From an uncultured Spirochaetota bacterium (lineage in GTDB: Bacteria; Spirochaetota; Brevinematia; Brevinematales; JAOACQ01): DNA of 64,000 nucleotides. Position 1 is the first letter of the stretch, and the number at the start of each line of letters is the position of its first letter. The DNA is taken from NCBI GenBank assembly GCA_963835575.1, contig CAWIGG010000002.1:64001-128000 (forward strand), given 5' to 3'. The notes beneath the pieces were generated by a model. That model had not been told where the DNA came from, did not search any database, and was given only the letters and a program-made list of their open reading frames with translations. Positions 50,794 to 60,061 of the stretch are shown piece after piece. A program made the position numbers and the translations under genes.

Positions 50794-52836
50794 CTACTGA
50801 TAGATCTGAGTTATTTTAATATAACCGGTCGCTTTAAATTTATCGCCGGACTGAATCATCGGGATCTGTTCCGCCTGGTCCAGGATCAAATAGGTGGTGG
50901 GCGGGCTTGTGCCTATGGAGTCATAATCGTCGCTCTTCCACCAATGGGTGGTGACGCCGATGCCGCTGACGCTGACGATTATATTATCGCCCGGCTGGAG
51001 ATAGGAATAATCCCTGTACTGATTGATATTATAATATATATTGGCATTTCCGGAACCGGGTTTGACATCAAACAGCCAGCTTGGGTTATTGGGGACAGAA
51101 ACCGCGAAATGCATTTCATACCTGTCGCAGCCGTAAGTGCTCATAAAATTCTGGAAGTAAACCCGCGCGGTATAGCTGTACTTGCCGACATAAAGGGACT
51201 GGCTCAGGGTGTTATTGCCTTCATTCGCCTCGTCGATCGTGTTATTCGGGTCTGCCGCGACCGTGAATGTGTAATTTCCGGAATTAGCGATCCGGAATGA
51301 AGATGACACCAGGTCGACATAGTTATTCTGCTGGGCCGATGAAATATCCCCGGGAAGCACATTGATATTAAAAGGCTGAGTGTCCGGCGGCGTGACGGTG
51401 ACCCTCACGCTGAAATTGTTTTTAATGGATTCCGGGTGTGAAAAACCCAGCCGGACGCGGATCGTTGTGTCCCTGCCTTTAACCGCGAAACCATTGTTCC
51501 AGACGACGCTCTGGACCCAGATGTCCGGTTTGGGGGGCGGCGGCGGCGGGTTCTGGACGCTTAAATACTGAGGGGCTTCAATGCGGTTGGTGCCCTGGTA
51601 AACGCGGAGCCCGTAATCCCCGTCCTGGAGTTTGAATTGACTGGCGAAAAAGCCGCGGACGGCGTTCATCGCCGCAACGGGATCGATTAAACTGAATGAG
51701 CTTTTGTAAACCTCTTTAATATCAGCCGCTTTAATGCGCGTGCTCGCCATGATCCTGGGGGCCGCGTGAACGGTCTTTAAACTGTAAGTGATATTCCGCA
51801 CCGGCATCATCCGTTTTTCCAGCTGATTTCCCAGATTGGCGTATTCTTCCGCCACGCCGGGATTGGCATTCGTGCCGATGACGGATGATTTGAACGTTTC
51901 ATAGCTCGGCAAAACCCACCCCAGGTTTTTATCAAAGTTGCCCAGGATAATCCGGCTTTTGGTGGCTTCCACGACATTCTGGGCGGGAAACTGGAAGGTC
52001 ATCTGGTCGCCCTGATACAGCCCGACCTTGTAGTTATTAAGTTTGTTCAAATAATTTCCATAAATGATGATCCTCGCGTTTTTACCGATGACAAACTGTT
52101 CCGGTATAACCCCGACAATCTGGGGAAGCATCTGTGTTCCCTCATACTTTTTGCCGAAGTCAAAACCCGCTATGATGTAGCCGCGGACCGGGGTCACAAA
52201 AATCATCAGCATGAAGAAAACGACATAAATACCAACCAGGCTTAATCCGACGATGGTGCCTGTATTCATCTTGTCTTTCCGGAGTAATAATATAATGGCG
52301 AAAATGATCAGGCCGATGGCCAGCAGCACGATGCTGCCGATGATTACGGCGGAATTGGTCGCTTTGTCGAGCAGGATGAAGGTGTTGCCGAACGTCAGAA
52401 CAACCAGGTCCTGAACCTGCGACGAAAGATTGTCGACCTGAAGCGTCAGCTGGGAAGAAATGTTGTCCAGAATGGCGGGGACCGAATCGTCCAGGATCCC
52501 TGTTTTAATCTGGTCCAGCAGCTGGCTGATATTGGCGAAAGTCAGATTGATCGTGCCGTTCGCGGAATCAAACAGATGTCCTCCGCTCTGGTCGATTGTG
52601 CCTTCCACCTGGTCCAGTAATTTTGAGATCCGGTCGTCAAGAAAAGCCCCTGCTTCCCGAGACAGCTCGCCGGACTCAACCTTTCCGTCAACCAGCTTGG
52701 TGAGATCATTGGCCTGGCTGACAATGCTGTTCGCCGAATCCGTGATTTCCTTGAGATTCTGCATAATACTGCATCCGCTCAGCATTAATCCCATGGAAAT
52801 AAAAATCAGCGGCAGGAAACGGACATACTTTTTCAT
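50794..52836 (-). CDS. Large lipoprotein: helical region, two TM helices, Ig-like and CARDB-like domains
   Basis: Lipobox LSGC; hydrophobic hairpin; PPPPPKPDIWV...ADPNNTIDEANEGNN CARDB pattern; AAGGAGG RBS. Confidence 0.7.
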   Translation of the reverse strand: MKKYVRFLPLIFISMGLMLSGCSIMQNLKEITDSANSIVSQANDLTKLVDGKVESGELSREAGAFLDDRISKLLDQVEGTIDQSGGHLFDSANGTINLTFANISQLLDQIKTGILDDSVPAILDNISSQLTLQVDNLSSQVQDLVVLTFGNTFILLDKATNSAVIIGSIVLLAIGLIIFAIILLLRKDKMNTGTIVGLSLVGIYVVFFMLMIFVTPVRGYIIAGFDFGKKYEGTQMLPQIVGVIPEQFVIGKNARIIIYGNYLNKLNNYKVGLYQGDQMTFQFPAQNVVEATKSRIILGNFDKNLGWVLPSYETFKSSVIGTNANPGVAEEYANLGNQLEKRMMPVRNITYSLKTVHAAPRIMASTRIKAADIKEVYKSSFSLIDPVAAMNAVRGFFASQFKLQDGDYGLRVYQGTNRIEAPQYLSVQNPPPPPPKPDIWVQSVVWNNGFAVKGRDTTIRVRLGFSHPESIKNNFSVRVTVTPPDTQPFNINVLPGDISSAQQNNYVDLVSSSFRIANSGNYTFTVAADPNNTIDEANEGNNTLSQSLYVGKYSYTARVYFQNFMSTYGCDRYEMHFAVSVPNNPSWLFDVKPGSGNANIYYNINQYRDYSYLQPGDNIIVSVSGIGVTTHWWKSDDYDSIGTSPPTTYLILDQAEQIPMIQSGDKFKATGYIKITQIYQ

Positions 52837-53135
52837 TATGTATCCTCCTTAAAATAATTTGTCATAATTAAGATATTGTTTATCCGACTTAGTAATGAGA
52901 AATGAAGTTCCGTGTCCGATCTGCTTTACTCAATAAGAACTTCAACGCCTTCGCGCTTAAAAAAATTAATATTATTGTATCGGCCGGGCAATAAGTCCTA
53001 TTAATTATTTTTTATATTTCCCGGGGTTAAAGCTCATTGTCAGCTTTCAGAATATAATTTTCCTGACTGCCGAGAGAGGATTTGATACTGTAAACTTCAC
53101 CTCCGGTATATTTATATCCGCTTATATATCCTTCC

Positions 53136-54440
53136 TTATGAAAGGAAACGCCGCGAGGTTTCTCCCATCATCTTTTCAAGATCAGACTGCTGAAACGTAT
53201 CAACAAAATATTGGTCATAATCCTCCAAGATGATCTTTCCAGGATTAGTAAAATATAACACATCAAAATCGCTCCCGAACATCGTCTGGGATAATATATC
53301 AGAATTTTGTCCATAATTAGGATTCTTTGCCCATTTTTCCAGATCTTCTATATGAGATGTGCAGGACATATCTGAGAATACACGATCCGGATAATCTTTT
53401 ATAAGTTGGGCGATCGTGTCGGCCCACGGAACATTGGCAGCGCTGTCCCCGAAATGCGCAAGGTTTATTTTAAGATTTCTATATGTTTCGAAAACACTTC
53501 CATAATTTTTAGGATCGCCGTAATTGCAATAGGGCCAATCTTTGAAGATGCAGGACGGAAATCCGCCGTAACTGCAATGCGTAGTGATGGGGATTTGTTT
53601 TTCATCACAATATTTATAGAGAGGACCATATTCGGTAATATCAGGCTGATAGCCAAGCTGGGGATAGATCTTGATCCCGAAAAACGGGCCGTTGCTTTTA
53701 TTTACCAGATTCCCGTCGCAGATATATTTAATTAAACCCTCCCGTCTCGGATCGACAGCCAGAAACGGATAAATGCTGTCCGGATGTTTTTTCCGGAGAG
53801 CTGCCAAACAGTCAATCTCATGCTGAAAGCCCGGCGTGGTGTAATAACCGGTAAAAACCTTGACTTGCGCTATGGCTGTTTTAACTTGTTCCGCGGCGAT
53901 GTTGATCATGTTTTTTATATCCGCATTCTCAAATTGTTTTTTATTCTCAGCCTGTAATTCAGCGTTTGCTTTAATTTCTTTATTCGCTTTTTCGATTTCC
54001 GCTTGATTTTCCGTGATGACGCCCTGAATAAAATTTTTAAAATCTTTTTCCGGGTCGCCGCTGGTTTTCATGGCAGGTATGGTTCCGGGTTTTACATTAT
54101 TTTTCCGGGGCAGGACCGGAGGGTAAAACATATAGTAAATATCCATCATCAATGGCGTGATGCATATGTCCTTATTAAAAACACCTCTCGCTTTGTTAAT
54201 TACAAAGTCTGCGTTGTCTTCTTCGGAACGTATCGCGGCCGCGCCGAGCTGGATACACCACTTGAAAAACAGTTTAATCCGGTCCAGCGGTGAAGCCGCA
54301 GCTTTGAGCAGGAAATCAGTATTTTTCGGGTAACGGCCGATAATATGGTCCCAGGCCATCTGTGCCAATTCCAGGAAAAGATACTCCAGGTTAAAAACAT
54401 GACAATGCGCGTCGAAATATTTCCCATCAAGTTGCGGCAT
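53136..54440 (-). CDS. Amidohydrolase_2 family metallo-hydrolase
   Basis: FDAHCHVF, GIKIYPQLGY, PITTHC, LAHFG, FGSDF; true start ATG 54440 behind AAGGAGG. Confidence 0.85.
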   Translation of the reverse strand: MPQLDGKYFDAHCHVFNLEYLFLELAQMAWDHIIGRYPKNTDFLLKAAASPLDRIKLFFKWCIQLGAAAIRSEEDNADFVINKARGVFNKDICITPLMMDIYYMFYPPVLPRKNNVKPGTIPAMKTSGDPEKDFKNFIQGVITENQAEIEKANKEIKANAELQAENKKQFENADIKNMINIAAEQVKTAIAQVKVFTGYYTTPGFQHEIDCLAALRKKHPDSIYPFLAVDPRREGLIKYICDGNLVNKSNGPFFGIKIYPQLGYQPDITEYGPLYKYCDEKQIPITTHCSYGGFPSCIFKDWPYCNYGDPKNYGSVFETYRNLKINLAHFGDSAANVPWADTIAQLIKDYPDRVFSDMSCTSHIEDLEKWAKNPNYGQNSDILSQTMFGSDFDVLYFTNPGKIILEDYDQYFVDTFQQSDLEKMMGETSRRFLS

Positions 54441-54496
54441 AGTAAACACCTCCTTAATTTCCTGCAATTTTTTATTCCTCTTCAATAATATCCTCA

Positions 54497-55374
54497 ATTG
54501 AGTAGGAGGCGGGTTTACACCCGCCGACCTCTCACACCACCGTACGTACGGTTCCGTATACGGCGGTTCCAAAATATAATTTCTGATAAATACAAATCTT
54601 GTTCAGCATCGATACGAGTCCCATACTGTCGAATAATTTCTTAGGAAAGGCGATGTTCATATGTTTGTTGATGAAGCCTTTTAGCTGTTTTACAGTGACT
54701 CCGTCAACTCCCGCCGCCCCCTTATTGCTTACCACCCTGTGATAAGCTTCCAGCATGTTCTCGCGTTTGACCAGACGCTCTATTAAATTTGTTTCATCCG
54801 GTGTACTCCTTCTTTGACTCTCTGCACGGATACACGCGCTTTGGCTATTCTTCGGAATTCCGTCCCTATCCTTTGTCAAAGCCGGAAAGTTTCCTTCCGC
54901 TTCTGCGTAAGTTACCGTGTCAGGATTCATAGCGGTACTCCTATAGTTTGGTTCTGCCCTTCGCCTCCGGTCAAGAGGTTACTATGGCTTCTGCTGACTT
55001 CTGAAAACCCCTCTTATCACCTTTCGATGACAATAGCCAATATGTGGCAGGCTGTCAGACCTCCCCGGGTAATGCGCTCGTTCCTTCACACTTATGTCTG
55101 CCGCATCTACGTCATTGCTTTCTGTGTAAGTATCGGGCTTTAACGATAATTGCCGTCTCACCCAGCAGTGCCGCCTCTATGCGGTTTCTGTTCGTCAGAC
55201 CAGTGCTTTGCCTGCAGCTTCCTTCAGATTCCGCCTCACGGCGGACACCCTTGCCGTCTGTCCCTCACCAGTTTGTCCGGCTGCCCGGAGAAGTTCACAA
55301 ACTGGTGAGGGATTCCCCTTACCGGGTGCATACGGGACTTTCACCCGCAAGAACGTGCGCCCTGCCGGGCGCAC
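54497..55374 (-). mobile_element. Class C group II intron with internally deleted ORF (878 nt)
   Basis: 5' GTGCGCCCGGCA directly after a terminator; IIC domain V GAACCGCCGTATACGGAACCGTACGTACGGTGGTG; 3' end CCTACTCAAT. Confidence 0.92.
54532..54930 (-). pseudogene. Remnant group II intron RT (RT0 fused to the end of domain X)
   Basis: ENMLEAYHRVVSNKGAAGVDG (RT0) joined in frame to MNIAFPKKLFDSMGLVSM; no YADD. Confidence 0.88.
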
Positions 55375-55377
55375 AAC

Positions 55378-55403
55378 AAAAAAGCGATGGAATGATCCAT
55401 CGC
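55378..55403 (-). terminator. Rho-independent terminator, target site of the class C intron
   Basis: Minus strand GCGATGGA-TCAT-TCCATCGC-TTTTTT-GTT|GTGCG. Confidence 0.85.
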
Positions 55404-55460
55404 CCATTAATCCCCACTCTCGCCGCAATTGTCAGCACATATCCTAATATTTGATTAAAT

Positions 55461-55489
55461 ATATTATTGAACCGGAAGCGTTTAGTCAA
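55461..55489 (-). promoter_or_regulatory. Putative sigma70 promoter for the amidohydrolase leader
   Basis: TTGACT-17nt-TAATAT on the minus strand. Confidence 0.45.
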
Positions 55490-55565
55490 ATAAAAAGAAG
55501 ATTCTGTGTGTCAAGCAAATTAAATTGGCCCCGAGTTTGCTTGACGCATAATGTTATTTTTTTCA

Positions 55566-55594
55566 TTGACAAAAAATGAAGTATTAAATATTAT
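55566..55594 (+). promoter_or_regulatory. Putative sigma70 promoter of the aldo/keto reductase operon
   Basis: TTGACA-17nt-TATTAT. Confidence 0.55.
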
Positions 55595-55623
55595 GATATG
55601 AATTTAAACGTGGAGCGGGCTTT

Positions 55624-56655
55624 ATGAAGAAGATAATTTTTGGTAAAACCATGCTGGAAGTCAGCAGAATAGCGTTTGGCGGAATACCGATCATGCGCCT
55701 TTCAACGGCCCAGGCTGTCGAGGTAATAAAAGAGTCTTTAAGCCTGGGAATAAATTTTATCGATACGGCGGCCGGATATGCCGACAGCCAGGAAAAAATC
55801 GGCCTGGCAATCAGCGGCATCCCGAGGAGCGAGCTGGTGTTAGCGACAAAATCGACGGCAAACGATAAAAAAACTATTTTAGAGCATATAGATAATTCTT
55901 TGAAAAAGTTGAAAACAGATTATATAGATATTTATCAGCTTCATAATGTAAGCTCTGAAGATAAATTTAACGCTGTGATGGCTGATGACGGGGCCTATGA
56001 AGGGCTCATGCTTGCCGTAAAGCAGGGTAAAGTAAGATTTCCCGGTTTCAGCTCTCACACAATGAGTTATGCCAAAAAAATGATACTGACCGGTCATTTC
56101 TATTCCGTTCAAATTCCCTATAATTTTATAGACAGGCAGGCGGAAGAAGAGGTTATTCCTCTGGCTGAAAAAAAGAACCTGGGCATAATCGCCATGAAGC
56201 CTTTGGGCGGCGGCCTTTTGAATAAAGCGGAACTCTGCTTTAAATACCTTCTGCAGTTTGACAGCGTCGTTCCCGACCCGGGAATTGAAAAACTTGGTGA
56301 AATGAGAGAAATAGCTGAAATTCTTGATAAGATGGAGCCGCTTTCCCAATCGGAAATCGAAGAGATGGATAGAATACGCAATGAAGTCGGCAATAGCTGG
56401 TGCCACAGGTGCGATTATTGCCAGCCATGCCCCCAGAATATCAGCATCAGCTCAGTGCTGGTGGTTAATTCATTTATTAAAAGAATGCCGTTTGAAAAAG
56501 CGTTTTCAATGATTAACGGGCAGGTTAAACAGGTTGACCGGTGCACTGAATGCAGGAATTGCGCCGACAGATGCCCTTATAACCTGGACATTCCAAAATT
56601 ACTGAAACAAAATCAATTAATCTGGAATGAATATGTGGAAAGGAGGGCCTTATGA
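55624..56655 (+). CDS. Aldo/keto reductase with C-terminal Fe-S domain
   Basis: GINFIDTA.GY, LKTDYIDIYQLH, AMKPLGGG, CHRCDYCQPCP, CTECRNC...CP. Confidence 0.92.
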   Translation: MKKIIFGKTMLEVSRIAFGGIPIMRLSTAQAVEVIKESLSLGINFIDTAAGYADSQEKIGLAISGIPRSELVLATKSTANDKKTILEHIDNSLKKLKTDYIDIYQLHNVSSEDKFNAVMADDGAYEGLMLAVKQGKVRFPGFSSHTMSYAKKMILTGHFYSVQIPYNFIDRQAEEEVIPLAEKKNLGIIAMKPLGGGLLNKAELCFKYLLQFDSVVPDPGIEKLGEMREIAEILDKMEPLSQSEIEEMDRIRNEVGNSWCHRCDYCQPCPQNISISSVLVVNSFIKRMPFEKAFSMINGQVKQVDRCTECRNCADRCPYNLDIPKLLKQNQLIWNEYVERRAL

Positions 56656-57335
56656 TTGATAAAGGTAAAATGAAAGATAAAAAGACGGCTATTACGGCAG
56701 GAGAGGTTATCGAATTGCCGGGACCCGGATTTAATAATGACGTTACAGTATTTAACGCTTTAAAAAAAAGAGAAACAATACGTGAAATAAGCGAAAAAAA
56801 GCTTTCCCTGCAGGAAATCTCAAGCTTGCTCTGGGCAGCCAACGGTGTAAACCGGGGAAAAGGCCCTTTTGGAATTGCCGGAAGGACTGCCGCATCAGCC
56901 AGCAATTCCCAGGAAATTGATCTTTATGTTCTCATGAGCGAAGGCGTTTATTTATTTGACGCATTTAAACACAGGCTTTTACCGGTAATCTCCGAAGACA
57001 TCCGGCCGCTTGCGATTGGAAAGGGGCAGTTAAAGCTCGGGGACAACGCGCCGCTTCGAATAGTCTTCATTGTCGATATCAGAAAACTTTCCCATACATC
57101 AGGCTATCAGGAACCGGGGCTGCAGAATCCGGAAGTTCAGAAATCATATTATTTTGTGGATACAGGCATCATCGCGGGCAATATATATTTGTTTGCGGCA
57201 TCTCAGGGCCTTGCTTCCTGGTTCCATAATTGCAACAAAGCCGGAATCGAGGCTAAACTGAAATTACGCCCCGAACAGAAAGTGCTTTTCGGGCAGACAG
57301 TCGGTTATCCCAAAGGAAAAAAAATTAAGGAGTGA
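56652..57335 (+). CDS. Nitroreductase (SagB/ThcOx-like)
   Basis: LKKRETIRE, LLWAANGVNR, RTAASASN, QTVGYP. Confidence 0.88.
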   Translation: MIDKGKMKDKKTAITAGEVIELPGPGFNNDVTVFNALKKRETIREISEKKLSLQEISSLLWAANGVNRGKGPFGIAGRTAASASNSQEIDLYVLMSEGVYLFDAFKHRLLPVISEDIRPLAIGKGQLKLGDNAPLRIVFIVDIRKLSHTSGYQEPGLQNPEVQKSYYFVDTGIIAGNIYLFAASQGLASWFHNCNKAGIEAKLKLRPEQKVLFGQTVGYPKGKKIKE

Positions 57336-57340
57336 TATTT

Positions 57341-57526
57341 ATGCCGGTTATCAAATTGGAAATTACCCGTCAATCCAGAGAAAAGAAAAAAGAGATGATC
57401 GAGAAATTGACAAAGACCATGGTGGAAATAACCAATATTCCAGCCCAGGCATTTACCGTATTAATCAATGAGTATGATGCGGAAAGTATAGGTTCAGGCG
57501 GGGTTCCATTGCCTGAGCGCAAATAG
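57341..57526 (+). CDS. 4-oxalocrotonate tautomerase family protein (DmpI-like)
   Basis: MPVI N-terminal Pro, ~61 aa, IGSGG; AAGGAG RBS. Confidence 0.88.
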   Translation: MPVIKLEITRQSREKKKEMIEKLTKTMVEITNIPAQAFTVLINEYDAESIGSGGVPLPERK

Positions 57527-57694
57527 AGGCCGCTCAGAAAACGGGAAATCCCGGGCTTGCTTCTTTGACTTTTATGCCCTGCGTTTATCGCCCGGGTCTT
57601 TTATCGTCATTTCTGTTCCAATATTATCAGATAATGAAAAATCAGGACAGGACACTGTCAAAGCGGCAGCCGCCCGGCCGGGTATTATTATTTC

Positions 57695-58366
57695 TCAAAA
57701 TTTGAACGCCGCCATAGGAAACGGTTTTCCATGACCGGGGTATACATTACGGATGTTTATCTTTCTGATCTTCTCCAGGCTTGATGTCAGCGCGGGCTCA
57801 TTTTCCACAATGTCGGCAGCGGCCGGTTTTTTTCTGTTATTAATTGTATCGCCCGAGAAAAAGTCGCCTTCACCGGTCAGGATTCCGATGGACCCCATGG
57901 AATGCCCCGGTATATGAACAACCTTCGCGTTAAATCCGATATTATTGAAGTCTTCCCCGTCGGAAAGGACCATGTCCGGTTCAAAAGTCTCAACAGGGAA
58001 CTTCTTCATCATCGGTTTTAAAAATATTGAGTATATGACCGGCGTGAAGATCCTCATAAGAGATGATGATTTCCTTTTTCGATTAAAATTTGTCCTGCCG
58101 GTCCTGCATTGAGCGGCATCGGCTTCATGAACAGCGATTTTTAATCCGTATTGTTTTTGAAGAAACGCGCAGCTGCCGGTATGGTCCAGGTCCCCATGAG
58201 TAATGATAACGAGTTTGATATTGCCTGGTGTACCGCATTCCTGTTCAAGCGTTTTTACCAGTTTTGACCGGTTCATTGCCAATCCGGTGTCGATCAGGAA
58301 ATATCCATTATCGGTTTTTACGAGATAAGCGTTTACCATACCAAGCGCGAGATGTTTAATTTCCAT
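57695..58366 (-). CDS. MBL-fold metallo-hydrolase
   Basis: LIDTG, THGDLDHTG, PGHS.GS, GD, PGHG. Confidence 0.9.
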   Translation of the reverse strand: MEIKHLALGMVNAYLVKTDNGYFLIDTGLAMNRSKLVKTLEQECGTPGNIKLVIITHGDLDHTGSCAFLQKQYGLKIAVHEADAAQCRTGRTNFNRKRKSSSLMRIFTPVIYSIFLKPMMKKFPVETFEPDMVLSDGEDFNNIGFNAKVVHIPGHSMGSIGILTGEGDFFSGDTINNRKKPAAADIVENEPALTSSLEKIRKINIRNVYPGHGKPFPMAAFKF

Positions 58367-58801
58367 AATACTGCTTCCTATTCTTAATTTACTTTGCGAA
58401 CTGCCCTTTTTTATCATTTTAATCAAAGAAATGATATTGAAATATCATAAAAATCGCAAAAAAATGAAGCTTTATTTAGAAAAAAAGACAAAACCGGGAT
58501 AGAGTGGCGATAGTTGCAGATGACAAGCGGAACATTGATAAAGCTTTCTTGATAAAAGACAGCAGTAATAGTTATGTCCGTACTTCAGCCCTGGCTGAAA
58601 GGACTTATTTTGACTGGTGATGGTTGAGGTTTATTTGTTATGCTCCGGCCGGAACGGCTATTTATTCTTTTCAGCGCACTGCTTTCCATGCCGGAGGATG
58701 GCTTTTTTGCCCGTTAACTGCTTATTGAAAGATAATAAAGCTGGAAAATGAAAAATTGGCGATTTAAAACAACGAATATATCCGGATAAGAAAGCTGGAA
58801 G

Positions 58802-58960
58802 CTAATTGTCATTAATTAAAGCGGGTTTTTTGAAGTAAAAACCGTTTTCTCCGGTTAAATCATCCATTTTGGTTTTGGACAACTTTTCTTCGCTTTCAAA
58901 CCCGGTATTTGTTTGAAAGCTATTAAATTCAGGCTCTTTCTTCGAAAAATCCATCCGCAT
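58802..58960 (-). CDS. Small hypothetical protein (52 aa)
   Basis: AAAGGAGG RBS, ATG 58960: MRMDFSKKEPEFNSFQTNTGFESEEKLSKTKMDDLTGENGFYFKKPALINDN. Confidence 0.45.
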   Translation of the reverse strand: MRMDFSKKEPEFNSFQTNTGFESEEKLSKTKMDDLTGENGFYFKKPALINDN

Positions 58961-59157
58961 AATCGAACCTCCTTTAATCGTTTTTGAGTAAAAAACGCGT
59001 ACAACTCTAAAATCATCAAAAAAGCTATTGAGAAAAACCCAAGCCGGATTTAAAGATCAGACTAATCGCTAAGAATGGATTGTTACTGATTGTATATGGA
59101 AATATTTCTGATTTGCATACCAAGCATATCACATAAATAAAATATGTCAATACTAAT

Positions 59158-59991
59158 TTATAATTTATTTTTCACAGCTTTTCTCCGCATCACCTCCGCC
59201 ATCACCACAGAAAAAGCGCTCGCGACATTGAGGCTGTTCTTTTTTCCCAGAAGCGGTATCTCGACAAATTCATCGCAGACGCCGAGCGTTTCCTCCATCA
59301 TGCCGAATTCCTCGTTCCCGAAAACAAAGGCGCTTTTTTCCGGCCATTTCGCCTCATAAAGCGGCGCAGCTTCCTTCACAGTTTCAACACCGATGATGCG
59401 GAAGCCCTTTTCTCTGTAACAGGCCGCGGCCTCAGCAGTTTTTTCAAAGTACTTCCATGGGATGAGTTCCAGCGTACCCATGGCCGTCCGTTCGATCTTC
59501 GGCATCGGCGGCCGGGGTGTGATGCCGCAGAGGGCGAGGCTTCCCACGCCGAAGCAGTCGGAGGAGCGGAAGATGCTGCCGACGTTGAAAGGCGAGCGGA
59601 GGTTGTCGAGTATGGCCGCGTGGGTAAAGCGGACGGCGTTTTTATTATTATCGAACTGCCGCTGGACGCTGACAAAGCGGGATTCGTCAACCTTCTCGTG
59701 AATAAGCTCCATCAGGCCGTGAAAGGCGAAATTAACTTTTTCAATAATGGGGCGGGGAAGAACTCCGTTTTGCGGTAAAGCGGTGTCTTTCGGAAGAGTC
59801 TCTATGATTTTCAGGGCTTTATCGATCTGAGGGCTGTTAATTTCCTTCATAAATCCGGTATAGCTTTTCAGCTGGCCGGTCAGCTTCGGATTGGATGAAG
59901 GATTGTTATCCATGAGCATGTGGAGCGTTTCCGCCAGTTTATAGATCTGCTTTTTGGAATGAAGCTTGAGAAAATGCTCTTTCCTGATCAT
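59158..59991 (-). CDS. TrmH/SpoU family RNA methyltransferase
   Basis: LDNLRSPFNVGSIFR, FGNEEFG, IPL.G.KNSLNVA. Confidence 0.92.
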   Translation of the reverse strand: MIRKEHFLKLHSKKQIYKLAETLHMLMDNNPSSNPKLTGQLKSYTGFMKEINSPQIDKALKIIETLPKDTALPQNGVLPRPIIEKVNFAFHGLMELIHEKVDESRFVSVQRQFDNNKNAVRFTHAAILDNLRSPFNVGSIFRSSDCFGVGSLALCGITPRPPMPKIERTAMGTLELIPWKYFEKTAEAAACYREKGFRIIGVETVKEAAPLYEAKWPEKSAFVFGNEEFGMMEETLGVCDEFVEIPLLGKKNSLNVASAFSVVMAEVMRRKAVKNKL

Positions 59992-60005
59992 GATATACTC
60001 CCGAT

Positions 60006-60057
60006 TGCCTCACCCCCGTCCCCTCTCCAAATTTGGAGAGGGGACGGGGGTGAGGCA
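60006..60057. repeat. Perfect 52-bp REP-like palindrome (variant at 26712-26774)
   Basis: TGCCTCACCCCCGTCCCCTCTCCAAA|TTTGGAGAGGGGACGGGGGTGAGGCA. Confidence 0.85.
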
Positions 60058-60061
60058 TTCT

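Noticed and set aside
54441..54572. N-terminal extension of the amidohydrolase ORF (MEPPYTEPYVRWCERS)
   Set aside because: Mostly a translation of intron domains V/VI; the real start is ATG 54440 with AAGGAGG
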